Virus record (IMG/VR): IMGVR_UViG_3300037422_000223
Coordinates: 1 to 24,061 of that record
Length of the DNA stretch: 24,061 bases
Direction: 5' to 3' (one strand)
From: a virus
Taxonomy: Duplodnaviria; Caudoviricetes
Shown: positions 8,209-17,301 of the stretch, piece after piece
How positions within the stretch are numbered: the first letter of the stretch is position 1
Layout: each line of letters opens with the position of its first letter
The notes under the pieces: model-generated
The model's database searches: none
Seen by the model: only the letters and a program-made list of their open reading frames with translations
Told to the model about the DNA's origin: nothing
Position numbers and translations under genes: made by a program

Positions 8209-9504
8209 ATGAATCCGCAACTGCGCGCTCTCCTGGAGCGCAAGCAAAAAGCCATCGCCGCGGCGAAGGCCATCAACGACAAGGCGTCGGCCGAAAAGCG
8301 CGACCTCACCGACGAAGAGCGCACTTCGTTCGACGCGCACATGGCCGACGTGGCGAAGATCGACGCCGACATCGTGCGCCAGAAGGCGCTGATCGAGGCC
8401 GAGCGCAGCGCGCCCGCGCTGCCCGCCGCTTCGTTCGGCGACGCGCCGCGAGTCGAAGCCAACATCCTGCAGGACCCGCGCCGCGGCTTCGCGAGCTACG
8501 GCCAGTTCGCGCGTGCCGTCATGGCCGCGGGCCGGCCCGGCGGCGAGCTGGACGAGCGCCTCGCCATCGTCGCGGCGGCCCCGACCACCTACGGCAACGA
8601 GGTCACCGGCGCCGATGGCGGCTACCTGGTCCCGCCCGAGTACAGCCGCGAAGTCTTCCAGCACTCGCTCGAAGGCGATGCGCTGCTGCCCCTGACCGAC
8701 AACTACCCGGTCGCGGGCAACACGCTCACCTTCCCGCGCGACGAGACCACGCCGTGGGGCACCGACGGCATGCGGGCGTACTGGGAAACCGAGGCCGGCG
8801 TGGCCACGCAGACCAAGCCCAAGGGCTCGGTGGCATCGCTTCGCACCAACAAGCTGATGGCGCTGGTGCCGGTGACCGACGAGCTCATGGCCGACACCAA
8901 CGCGCTGGAAGCCTACATCGGCAGGAAGACCGCCGAGAGCATCCGCTGGAAGACCAACCTTGCCTTCTTCCAGGGCAACGGCGTCGGGCAGCCCACTGGC
9001 ATGTTCGGGCACGCCTGCCAGGTGTCGGTCGCGAAGGAAGTGGGCCAGGCCGCCGACAGCATCGTGGCGGCCAACGTCGCCAAGATGTACGGGCGCATGG
9101 TCAACCGCCAGAACGCGATCTGGATGATCAACGACGACGCGTTGCAGCAGGTCATGGTGCTGTCGCTGAACAACAACCCGATCTGGATTCCGCCCAGCCA
9201 GGGCTTCAAGGAAGCGCCCAACGGCTTCCTGCTCGGGCGCCCGATCATGATCACCCAGCTGTGCAAGACGGTGGGCGACAAGGGCGACATCGTGTTCGCG
9301 AACTGGAAGTACTACCGCACCATCACCAAGGCGGGCGCGGGCATCGAGACGGCAACCTCGATGCACCTGTACTTCGACGCGGGCGCGACGGCCTTCCGGG
9401 CCACGTTCCGGGTCGACGGCATGCCCTCGATCGCCGCGGCGGTCAGCCCGGCGAACGGCAGCAACACGCTCTCGCCGTTCGTCACGCTGGATGACCGCAC
9501 GTAA
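8209..9504 (+). CDS. Major capsid protein, HK97 fold, with N-terminal coiled-coil scaffolding (delta) domain
   Basis: AGGAG RBS at 8196-8200; helical N-terminus (RDLTDEE), DGGYLVP, VTDELMAD, GNGVGQPTG, LLGRPI, GDIVFANW. Confidence 0.95.
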   Translation: MNPQLRALLERKQKAIAAAKAINDKASAEKRDLTDEERTSFDAHMADVAKIDADIVRQKALIEAERSAPALPAASFGDAPRVEANILQDPRRGFASYGQFARAVMAAGRPGGELDERLAIVAAAPTTYGNEVTGADGGYLVPPEYSREVFQHSLEGDALLPLTDNYPVAGNTLTFPRDETTPWGTDGMRAYWETEAGVATQTKPKGSVASLRTNKLMALVPVTDELMADTNALEAYIGRKTAESIRWKTNLAFFQGNGVGQPTGMFGHACQVSVAKEVGQAADSIVAANVAKMYGRMVNRQNAIWMINDDALQQVMVLSLNNNPIWIPPSQGFKEAPNGFLLGRPIMITQLCKTVGDKGDIVFANWKYYRTITKAGAGIETATSMHLYFDAGATAFRATFRVDGMPSIAAAVSPANGSNTLSPFVTLDDRT

Positions 9505-9619
9505 GCCGGGCGCTGTCAGCCTGACGCGGTAGCAACACCAGGCAGCAAACGCAGCACGCCGGCGGCATGGCGGTACGCAACGCCGCCGGCGCTCACGACA
9601 ATTTCCAAGGAGCAAGACA

Positions 9620-10075
9620 ATGAATCTGAATCTCAAGGGTTCCGAGCAGGTCGGCGTGGTCGGCCGCATCGACCCGGACGCCACCGTGGCGAGCACCGTC
9701 ACCTCGGGCTGGATCGACTCGAGCAAGTTCAAGCTGTACCTCGCCGTCGTCCAGGCAGGCACACTGGGCGCCTCGGCCACCGTGGACGCCAAGCTGCAGC
9801 AGGCGACCGACGGCTCGGGTACCGGCGCGAAGGACATCACCGGCAAGGCCATCACCCAGCTCACGCAGGCGGGCACCGACGACGACAAGGATGTCGTCAT
9901 CAACCTGCGGCCGCAGCAGGACATGGACCTGGACAACAGCTTCACGCACTTCCGGTTATCCATCACCGTCGCGGTGGCCACCTCCGACATCGGCGGTATC
10001 GTGCTCGGCATCGGACCGCGCAGCGGCCCGGCCACCGACCACGACCTCACCACGGTCGACGAAGTCGTCGGCTAA
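9620..10075 (+). CDS. Probable capsid decoration/cement protein
   Basis: 151-aa beta-rich protein directly after the capsid gene, strong AAGGAG RBS, located upstream of the internal terminator. Confidence 0.65.
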   Translation: MNLNLKGSEQVGVVGRIDPDATVASTVTSGWIDSSKFKLYLAVVQAGTLGASATVDAKLQQATDGSGTGAKDITGKAITQLTQAGTDDDKDVVINLRPQQDMDLDNSFTHFRLSITVAVATSDIGGIVLGIGPRSGPATDHDLTTVDEVVG

Positions 10076-10106
10076 GCCGGCGGGCAGTTTCCTTAGAGGG
10101 AAGTTC

Positions 10107-10144
10107 CACGCCCGGGGCGGCGACGTTCCGGGCGTGTCTTTTTT
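10107..10144 (+). terminator. Rho-independent terminator
   Basis: 13-bp stem CACGCCCGGGGCG/CGTTCCGGGCGTG (two G-U pairs), GCGA tetraloop, followed by TCTTTTTT. Confidence 0.85.
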
Positions 10145-10158
10145 GAAAGGCAGACCCC

Positions 10159-10344
10159 ATGAAGAAAATCAGATTCGTGCGCGACGTGTTCGCCGACGGC
10201 GCGAAAGTCCACGCCGTCGGCGATCTCGCCGATCCGGCGCCCGCAATGGCGAAGCACGTGCGCCGCGGCAACGCCGCGGAGGTGGACGTGGAGGAAGCGC
10301 GCACCGAAGCAAAGGGCAGCGCCAAGGCCAAGGGCAAGAAGTAA
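10159..10344 (+). CDS. Small head-region protein, 61 aa
   Basis: GAAAGG RBS, basic C-terminus, position between capsid genes and head-tail adaptor. Confidence 0.7.
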   Translation: MKKIRFVRDVFADGAKVHAVGDLADPAPAMAKHVRRGNAAEVDVEEARTEAKGSAKAKGKK

Positions 10345-10374
10345 GCCTCGGGCGCGTTCGACCCGGACTCCCCG

Positions 10375-11178
10375 ATGGCCGACATCGTCCTCTCGCCGCC
10401 GCTTGCCGAGCCCATCCACCTGGACGAGGCGCGCACGCACCTGCGCGCCCCGTCGGGCGACACTTCGCAGGATGCGCTCATCCGCCGCGCGATCGTGGCG
10501 GCGCGCAGGCACGCCGAGAGCTACTGCCGCATCGCCATCGTGCGCCAGCAGCGCCAGCTCTCGCTCGCGGCCTTCCCGTGCGAGATCGAGCTGCCGGTGG
10601 GCCCGCTGCGCGCGGTGCAAAGCATCGAGTACGTGGACACCGCGGGCGCCCTGCAGACGCTGTCTGCCTCGGCCTACCGCGTGGACAAGTACGCCGAGCG
10701 CGGGCGCATCGAGCCCGCCTATGGCACGGTCTGGCCCTCCACGCTGGAGGTGTCCAACGCGGTGATCGTCAAGTACACCGCCGGCATGGTGGTGCCGGTG
10801 AGCGCGGTGGACGCGGGTACCGACACGCTCACCGCCTACGGGCACGACCTCGCCGCGAGCGATCCGGTACGCCTGGCCAACTCGGGCGGTGCGGTGCCGG
10901 CGGGGCTCTCGGATGCCACGCCCTACTACGTCAAGGCGCCCTCCGCCGACACCCTGCAGGTTTCGCTCACGGCGGGCGGCGCGGCCGTGGACATCACCGG
11001 CGCCGGCACCGGCCAGAGCTTCATCGGCCAGGTGCCCGACGACATCGTCGCCGCGCTCCTGCTGCTGGTGGGGCACTTCTACGAGCACCGCGAGCAGAAC
11101 TCGGACTTCGAGACCTATGCGCTGCCGCTGGGCGCGGAGCGGATTCTTTCGCCGTACCGGCTGATCCGGTTCGGCTGA
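10375..11178 (+). CDS. Head-tail connector/adaptor (HK97 gp6-like, phiE125 gp8 type) with inserted domain
   Basis: EPIHLDEARTHLR, AARRHAESYC, VKYTAG and VPDDIVAALLLLVGHFYEHRE...LSPYR motifs. Confidence 0.9.
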   Translation: MADIVLSPPLAEPIHLDEARTHLRAPSGDTSQDALIRRAIVAARRHAESYCRIAIVRQQRQLSLAAFPCEIELPVGPLRAVQSIEYVDTAGALQTLSASAYRVDKYAERGRIEPAYGTVWPSTLEVSNAVIVKYTAGMVVPVSAVDAGTDTLTAYGHDLAASDPVRLANSGGAVPAGLSDATPYYVKAPSADTLQVSLTAGGAAVDITGAGTGQSFIGQVPDDIVAALLLLVGHFYEHREQNSDFETYALPLGAERILSPYRLIRFG

Positions 11179-11188
11179 CGGGCTGGCG

Positions 11189-11512
11189 ATGCGCGGCGGA
11201 CGGATGCGCAACACGGCGGCGATCGAGCAGAACACGCCCACGCGCGACGCGGGCGGTGGAGAGGTCTCAGCCTGGTCCAGCTACTGCGCGACCTGGCCCT
11301 GCGAGCTCGTGCAGGTGCGGGGCGGCGAAACCCTGCGCGGGCGCGTGGTCCACGCCGCGGCCGAGTACGTCGCCATCGGGCGCTTTGTGGCCGGCGTCAC
11401 CCCGCGCATGCGCGTGACGCTCTCGGGGCGGACCTTCGAGGTCCTTGCCGCGAACAACGTGGAGTCGCGCGGGCGCGAGCTGCGCCTGGATCTGCGGGAG
11501 CGCGCGCTGTGA
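11189..11512 (+). CDS. Head closure protein (SPP1 gp16-like)
   Basis: MRGGRMRN..IEQ, RDAGGG, W, GVTPRMRV...GRTFEV pattern; follows the adaptor. Confidence 0.85.
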   Translation: MRGGRMRNTAAIEQNTPTRDAGGGEVSAWSSYCATWPCELVQVRGGETLRGRVVHAAAEYVAIGRFVAGVTPRMRVTLSGRTFEVLAANNVESRGRELRLDLRERAL

Positions 11513-12024
11513 GCCTGGATGTCGCTGGCTACGCGCCGGACAAGATCGTCATTACCGGGATGCGGGAGCTCGCGCTTTCGCTCGAGCAGTTTCCGGAGAA
11601 GGTGCAGCGCAAAGCCCTGGCCAAGTCCCTGCGCGCCGCGGGCCGGGTGATTCGCGACATCGCGCGCAGCCGGGTGCCGGTGAAAAGCGGCAAGCTGCGC
11701 GCCTCGATCCGCGTCACCGTGGTGCGCCGTGGCGGCAAGCTGATCGCGCGCATCATCGCCGGGCGGCGCGTGAAGAAAGACGACCCGTTCTACGCCTGGA
11801 TGGTGGAAGGCGGCACGCGCCGGCACGAGATCCGCCCCAAGGGCAAGAAGTCGCTCTTCCTCGCCGGGTTGTTTGCCGAGCAGGTGGAGCACCCGGGCGC
11901 CGAGGCGAAGCCCTACCTCGAGCCCGCGCTGGAAGAAGGCGCGCAGTTCGCGCTCATCCAGATGCAGGAAGCGCTCGCCACCGAGATCGAGGCCATGGGC
12001 GGCGGATCGGACAGGTACCTGTGA
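11509..12024 (+). CDS. HK97 gp10-family neck/tail-completion protein
   Basis: ITGMREL, VPVKSGKLRASI, FYAWMVEGGT, HPG..AKPYLEPAL; GTGA overlap with the upstream gene. Confidence 0.88.
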   Translation: MSLDVAGYAPDKIVITGMRELALSLEQFPEKVQRKALAKSLRAAGRVIRDIARSRVPVKSGKLRASIRVTVVRRGGKLIARIIAGRRVKKDDPFYAWMVEGGTRRHEIRPKGKKSLFLAGLFAEQVEHPGAEAKPYLEPALEEGAQFALIQMQEALATEIEAMGGGSDRYL

Positions 12025-12045
12025 GGCTGCAGTTGACCGAGCACC

Positions 12046-12459
12046 ATGATTGAAGACGCCATGTACACCATCGCCAAGGCGCACGGCGGCCTCACCGGGC
12101 TGATCGGCGCGGGCGACAACTGCCGGATCTACCCGAGCGGCGCGCAGGTGCGCGTGCTGCCCGATGTGGAGTGGGTGAAGGAGCCCTTTCGCCCGATCAG
12201 CGGCATCTGGCTCGACACCGGCTGGGGCTACACGGTGTTCGACTTCCTCGTGCGCGCGGCCACGGCGCGCGAGGCGGGGCTGGTGGTGGAGCAGCTGCGC
12301 AGCTGTTTTGCGCGCTACCACTCCAACGGCGCGGTGGTGGGCGCAACCGCCCACAAGGTCGACGACATCGAATCGGACGAGGCCGACCAGGCCGCCGACT
12401 ACGACCACGAGCTCGGCTGCTACACGCAGGGCATCGCGTTCGAGTTTTTCCACAACTAA
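12046..12459 (+). CDS. Probable tail terminator/completion protein
   Basis: 137 aa, LTGLIG....RIYP motif, position between the gp10-like gene and the tail tube. Confidence 0.7.
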   Translation: MIEDAMYTIAKAHGGLTGLIGAGDNCRIYPSGAQVRVLPDVEWVKEPFRPISGIWLDTGWGYTVFDFLVRAATAREAGLVVEQLRSCFARYHSNGAVVGATAHKVDDIESDEADQAADYDHELGCYTQGIAFEFFHN

Positions 12460-12472
12460 AGGAGCAGCGCGC

Positions 12473-12664
12473 ATGGACGGCAAAGACAAGGCTCTGCCCT
12501 GGCAGGGCGACGAGTTCGAGGGTCAGGGCGGGTCGTTCGTCTACGACCCGAAAACGAAGAAGCGCACGCGCGTACAGGAAAACGCGTCGCCCGCGGCGGC
12601 CGAAGGCGGCCAGGCGAACACGGGAACGGCGGCCGACTCCGTCCGGAAATCGAAGAAGGAGTAA
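12473..12664 (+). CDS. Small hypothetical protein, 63 aa (MDGKDKALPWQGDEFEGQGGSFVYDPKTKKRTRV...)
   Basis: AAAGGAG RBS before ATG 12473; fills the gap before the tail tube gene. Confidence 0.7.
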   Translation: MDGKDKALPWQGDEFEGQGGSFVYDPKTKKRTRVQENASPAAAEGGQANTGTAADSVRKSKKE

Positions 12665-12670
12665 CGAGCC

Positions 12671-13615
12671 ATGACCGAAGCGATCGACAAAAAACGCGCC
12701 GTTCTCGCCAAGATCGAGAGCCCCTACGGCACCGATGCCACCCCCACGGGCGCGGCGAACGCCGTGCTCGCCCGCATCGCGGGCTGGCGCCCGCAGGCCG
12801 TCAACTACGCCGCGCGCGACGACATCGCGATCCCGGCGCTGGGGCGCTTTGCCTCCAAGACCGCCTACCAGTGGGCCGAGATCGACCTGGAGGTCGAAGT
12901 CACCGGCGCGGCGGCGGCCGGCACCGCGCCGCCCTACGGGGCGCTGCTGCGCGCCTGCGGCCTCTCGGAGACTGTCTCGCCCGGGGTGAGCGTCACCTAC
13001 GCGCCGATCTCCGCCTCGCACGAGAGCGCGTCGCTGTACGCCAACGTCGACGGCATGCAGCAAAAGCTCCTGGGCCTGCGGGCGAGCGTGGCGCTCGTGT
13101 ACCGCAACGAGGAGATCCCGTTCTACCGGCTGCACGGCATGGCGCTCTATGCACTGCCCACCGACACGGCGCTCCCCACCCTCACCCTCACCGCGCACCA
13201 GGCCCCGAAGCCGGTCAACCGCACCAACACGACCACGGCCTCCTTGCACGGCTATTCCTTCGGTCTGCAGGAGCTGGAGATCGACCTCGGCAACGAGCTG
13301 CAGTACCTGTCGCTCCCCGGGGGCGGCACGAACAAGGTGCTGATCGTCAACCGCAAGCCCTCGGGCCGCGTGACCATGGAGCACCCCACCATCGCGCAGA
13401 AGGACTTCCACAGCATCGTCACCTCGGGTGCGACCGGGGCGCTGTCGGTGGTCCACGGCACCGTGGCCGGGGCGATCAACACCCTCTCGGCCGCTCAGGT
13501 GCGGCTCACCGACCCGCAGGTGGGCGCGCTGAAAGGGGTGCGCACGCTGTCGATGGCCCTGGAGTTCGCGCCCAGCAACTCGCTGAACGACGAACTGTCG
13601 ATCGCCTACACGTAG
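12671..13615 (+). CDS. Major tail (tube) protein
   Basis: LAKIESPYGTDATPT, GTAPPYGALLRACG, VTYAP; 314 aa; directly precedes the chaperones and tape measure. Confidence 0.88.
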   Translation: MTEAIDKKRAVLAKIESPYGTDATPTGAANAVLARIAGWRPQAVNYAARDDIAIPALGRFASKTAYQWAEIDLEVEVTGAAAAGTAPPYGALLRACGLSETVSPGVSVTYAPISASHESASLYANVDGMQQKLLGLRASVALVYRNEEIPFYRLHGMALYALPTDTALPTLTLTAHQAPKPVNRTNTTTASLHGYSFGLQELEIDLGNELQYLSLPGGGTNKVLIVNRKPSGRVTMEHPTIAQKDFHSIVTSGATGALSVVHGTVAGAINTLSAAQVRLTDPQVGALKGVRTLSMALEFAPSNSLNDELSIAYT

Positions 13616-13621
13616 CCGATC

Positions 13622-13957
13622 ATGTTCGTACTCAGCGGAAAACCGACCTACCGCTTCAAGGTGGAGGTCAAGCGCCCGAACGACGCCACGGGCAAGTGGG
13701 AAACCCTCGACTTCATCGCCGAGTTCAAGCGCCGCTCGCGGCCTGAGCTGGAGGCGATGATCGCCAAGGGCCTGCCCAGCGACGCCGAGGTGATGGCGAG
13801 CGAGTTCGTCGGCTGGTCCGGGGTGAAGCAGCCCGACGGCACGGACCTCGAAGTCACGGACGCCAACCGCACCGTGCTCCTGGCCGAGCCGATGGTGCAA
13901 GCCTCGATCGTGCGCGCCTGGCTCGAATCGGCGGTGACGGGCCCCGCAAAAAACTGA
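13622..13957 (+). CDS. Tail assembly chaperone (lambda gpG analogue)
   Basis: Between tube and tape measure; VGWSGV motif; ends GCA AAA AAC TGA. Confidence 0.88.
   Translation: MFVLSGKPTYRFKVEVKRPNDATGKWETLDFIAEFKRRSRPELEAMIAKGLPSDAEVMASEFVGWSGVKQPDGTDLEVTDANRTVLLAEPMVQASIVRAWLESAVTGPAKN
13948..13954 (+). promoter_or_regulatory. Programmed -1 ribosomal frameshift site A_AAA_AAC
   Basis: In-phase X_XXY_YYZ heptamer just before the stop; the -1 frame is open to 14301. Confidence 0.88.
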
Positions 13958-14301
13958 GCGAGGCCGCCGCGTACTGGGCGCGCGGCGGCGCCGAACTCGA
14001 CCAGGCACGCGAAGATCTGCGCGTGCTGGGCGTACCCGAAGCGCAGATCGACGCGGAGCTCGGCCCCAAGGACGAAGGTTTCCAGGTCTGGCCCGAGAAC
14101 TGGCCGGCCCTGCAGGCCTTTCTTGCCGTGCAGACGCAATGGGCTATCGGCATGAACGGCCCGACGGGCCTTGACTACACGCGCGTGCGCGCCGGGCTTG
14201 AGCTCGCCGGTGTGGAGACCACGCCCGCGCTTTTTCAGAAGCTCCGAATACTCGAATCCGCGGCGCTCGCCGCGCTCTCCAAGAGGACGAAGAAGCACTA
14301 A
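13954..14301 (+). CDS. Frameshift extension of the tail chaperone (gpT analogue, DUF1799-like); fusion about 226 aa
   Basis: The -1 frame reads LSEAAAYWARGG...VWPENWPALQAFLAVQTQW...GLDY...LRILESAAL; no convincing RBS for an independent start at 14023. Confidence 0.82.
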   Translation: MSEAAAYWARGGAELDQAREDLRVLGVPEAQIDAELGPKDEGFQVWPENWPALQAFLAVQTQWAIGMNGPTGLDYTRVRAGLELAGVETTPALFQKLRILESAALAALSKRTKKH

Positions 14302-14304
14302 GCC

Positions 14305-17301
14305 ATGCGCGCCGGTACCCTCGTCGTCGACATCGCCGCGAACGTCGCGCGCCTGCAGAAGGACATGCAGGACGCCAAGGGCGTTGTCGCGTCCGCAATG
14401 GGAGACATCTCGCGCTCGGTCAACGTCGCGAAGACGGCGCTCGGCGCGCTCGGGGTGGGCTTGTCCGCAGGCGCGCTCGTCGCCATGACGGCGAACATCG
14501 TCAAGGCCACCGCCGCGCTGGACGACATGGCCGAGACCACCGGCGCCACGGTGGAGGAACTGTCCAAGCTGCAGGCGGTCGCGCGCGTCGGCGGCAAGGA
14601 CTTTGCCGCCGTCGAAGACGGCCTGGTCAAACTCACCAAGGGCCTGCGCGGCACCGAAGAAGAAACCAAGGGCGCGAGGAACGCCCTCGAGCAGCTCGGC
14701 ATCCAGGCGAAGACGGCTACCGGCCAGCTGCGCGACCCGGGCGAGATCATGCGCGAGGTCGCGGGCAAGCTCGCGCAGTTCGAGGACGGCGCGGGCAAGA
14801 CCGCGATCGCGCTCGATCTTTTCGGCAAGTCGGGCGCGAAGCTGCTGCCGTTCCTCAAGGACCTCGCCGAGGAAGGCAACGTCAACGCCCGCGTGACCGC
14901 CGAGCAGGCGGCGCAGGCCGAGAAGCTGGAAAAGGCCATCGCGCGCCTGCAGATGGCGGGCGAGGATGCGCGCCGTGCGTTCGTGCTCGCGTGGATCGAC
15001 TACATGGTCGATCTCGCGGAGAAGATGAACCTCGCCGCCAAGGCGGGTGGCAACCTCGCCACAGCGCTCCTCTTGGTCGCGGGCGGCCGGCGCGACGTTG
15101 GCGAGATCAACGCCGACATCGCGGCGATCGAGGGCAAGTCCGGCGTCAGGAAGTGGGCCGAGAACGCCGGCACGATGGGCTATGCCGGCATGGCCGACAG
15201 CGCGCGGCTCGCGCTGCTGTACCGCCAGCGCGACTATCAACTCGCGCTGCTCGGGCGCAACGCACAGGGGCTGGAAGACGATCTCTCCGGCACGTTCCGC
15301 GGCCCGGCGGCGAAGGGGCGGCTCAACTACCGCTCCGTCAGCGGCGCGGGCGGTGGGGCCGGCGGCGGCGCCAAGGGCAAGTCGCTCGAAGACCTGCTCA
15401 ACGAAAGCGCGGGCGTCTCCAAGGACTTCTACAAGGACCTGCAGACGCTCCACGCCGGATTCGCGGCCGGCACGATCACGCTGGAGCAATACAAGGAGGC
15501 GGTCGGCAAGCTGATCGAGAAGCAGTCCTTCGCCAAAGATCTCACGCGCCAGCATGCCGAGGAGATCAAGAAACGCACCAAGGCTAGCGAGGAAGACTTC
15601 GAGGCCGAGCAGAAGCGCGGCGCGCAGATGATCCAGTTCGTCTCCACGACGAGCCAGGAGATCTCCCAGCTCGAGTTCGAGGTGAGCCTGATCGGCAAGT
15701 CCACCGCGGAGCGCGAGAAGGCGATCGCCGCGAGGAAGATCGAGAACGATCTCAAGGCCGCCTCCCGCGGCCTGTCGGACGAGGAGGCCGAATCGCTCAA
15801 GCGCGAGGCGGCGGCGGCCAAGGATCGGCTGGGCGTGCTGATCGACACCAAGGTCGCGCGCGAGAAGGCCGACGAGGCCGCGAAGGGCGCAGCCAAGGCC
15901 TGGGAGGACGAGGTCAAGCGCAGCTCGGACGTGATCGAGCGCTCGCTGACCGATGCGCTGATGCGCGGCTTCGAGGGCGGCAAGGGCTGGGCGCAGAGCT
16001 TCAAGGACGCCCTGGTCAACATGTTCAAGTCCCTCGTGCTGCGGCCGATCATCCAGCCGATCGCGCAGTCGGCCGCGGGCGGAGTGCTGGGCTTGTTCGG
16101 TGTATCCGCGCAAGGGGCTACTGGCGGCATCGGGCCCTACATCAACGGCGGCGGAATCGGGGGCGGTGGTGGCGGTATTTTCGGCGGCGGCGGCCTGGGC
16201 GGGTTCGATCTCTCGTCGCTCGGCAATACGCTCCTGGGTACGGGCGGTGCGTTCAACTACGGCATCAACAGCGCGCTCGGGTTCACCGGCGCCGCGGGGT
16301 GGGGGCTCGCCGAGGAAGCGGCGGCGCTCGGTATCGGCGGGCTGGGCACGGCGGGGTCCGCGTTCTCGGGCTTGAGTTTCGCCGGCCCCTTGCTGGCCGG
16401 CGGCCTGCAGATCCTGCAGGGCAACGTCGCCGGCGGGATCGGGTCCACGCTCGGCGGCATCGCCGGCAGCTACTTCGGGCCGGTGGGCACGGCGGTCGGT
16501 TCGTTCCTGGGCGGCAAGATTGGCGGCGCGCTGTTCGGCAAGAAGAAGAAGAAAAAGAAGCACGCGAACATGTACCTCTCGCAGGATGAGAGCGGGCGTT
16601 ACTACATCTGGGGCGATGACGTGCCGGGACCTTCGGCGCGCTCCGACTTCGCCTACCTCGAAGACTCGCTCAACGATCCGCTCCAGTACGATCCAGCAAT
16701 CCTCTCGTCGATTGTCGGGCAGCCCTTCCGGGGAGAGAGGGGAGAGCAGGCCGACACGCTGCTGCCGAAATTCCTGCAGTCCCTTGAGCCCGCGCGCCAG
16801 GCCGCGCAGGTGAACGTGGCCACCTGGCAATCGAAGCTCGCCGCCACGGGGGGCGGTGCGCTCGCCTCGGGGCTCGCGGGCTACGTCGGCAGCATGAGCG
16901 TGAGCGAGTACCTCTCGCCCGAGCAGCGCCTGGCCGGTGCGCGCTCGCTCTACGAGAACGCGCTCGATCTGGCGGGCACCGGGGATGCCACAGCCGCCGG
17001 GGCGCTGCCCGGTCTGGCGCAGGGGCTGCTTGGCGCCGGGCGCACGTATTACGCCTCGGGGCCGCAGTTCCAGGGGCTTTTCGAGCAGGTCAACAGCGAC
17101 CTCGCGCGCGTGCTCGATCAGCAGGGGGCGGCACAGGAGGCGGTGCTGGCCGAGATGCCCGCCGCGCTGCGCGAGGCGAATCAGGACACGGTCACGCAAC
17201 TGAGGGCGCTGCGCGAGGATCTGAAGGAGGGCCTTGAGCGCCTGAACAGCGGGCTGCGCCAGCTTGGCGGGTCGGAGTCGTTCGGCGGGGCGCCGGCATG
17301 A
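14305..17301 (+). CDS. Tail tape measure protein
   Basis: 998 aa, Ala/Gly-rich and helical; GTLVVDIAAN N-terminus, LFGKSGAKLLPFL, Gly-rich hydrophobic segment; follows the G/GT chaperones. Confidence 0.95.
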   Translation: MRAGTLVVDIAANVARLQKDMQDAKGVVASAMGDISRSVNVAKTALGALGVGLSAGALVAMTANIVKATAALDDMAETTGATVEELSKLQAVARVGGKDFAAVEDGLVKLTKGLRGTEEETKGARNALEQLGIQAKTATGQLRDPGEIMREVAGKLAQFEDGAGKTAIALDLFGKSGAKLLPFLKDLAEEGNVNARVTAEQAAQAEKLEKAIARLQMAGEDARRAFVLAWIDYMVDLAEKMNLAAKAGGNLATALLLVAGGRRDVGEINADIAAIEGKSGVRKWAENAGTMGYAGMADSARLALLYRQRDYQLALLGRNAQGLEDDLSGTFRGPAAKGRLNYRSVSGAGGGAGGGAKGKSLEDLLNESAGVSKDFYKDLQTLHAGFAAGTITLEQYKEAVGKLIEKQSFAKDLTRQHAEEIKKRTKASEEDFEAEQKRGAQMIQFVSTTSQEISQLEFEVSLIGKSTAEREKAIAARKIENDLKAASRGLSDEEAESLKREAAAAKDRLGVLIDTKVAREKADEAAKGAAKAWEDEVKRSSDVIERSLTDALMRGFEGGKGWAQSFKDALVNMFKSLVLRPIIQPIAQSAAGGVLGLFGVSAQGATGGIGPYINGGGIGGGGGGIFGGGGLGGFDLSSLGNTLLGTGGAFNYGINSALGFTGAAGWGLAEEAAALGIGGLGTAGSAFSGLSFAGPLLAGGLQILQGNVAGGIGSTLGGIAGSYFGPVGTAVGSFLGGKIGGALFGKKKKKKKHANMYLSQDESGRYYIWGDDVPGPSARSDFAYLEDSLNDPLQYDPAILSSIVGQPFRGERGEQADTLLPKFLQSLEPARQAAQVNVATWQSKLAATGGGALASGLAGYVGSMSVSEYLSPEQRLAGARSLYENALDLAGTGDATAAGALPGLAQGLLGAGRTYYASGPQFQGLFEQVNSDLARVLDQQGAAQEAVLAEMPAALREANQDTVTQLRALREDLKEGLERLNSGLRQLGGSESFGGAPA

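Noticed and set aside
12689-12695. AAAAAAC near the start of the tail tube gene as a frameshift site
   Set aside because: Read as AAA AAA C, so it is not in the X_XXY_YYZ phase.
16540-16560. Lysine-codon run in the tape measure gene as a slippery site
   Set aside because: The best in-phase heptamer is G_AAA_AAG, which is not a canonical tandem-slip sequence, and the zero frame continues into a normal-looking C-terminal domain.
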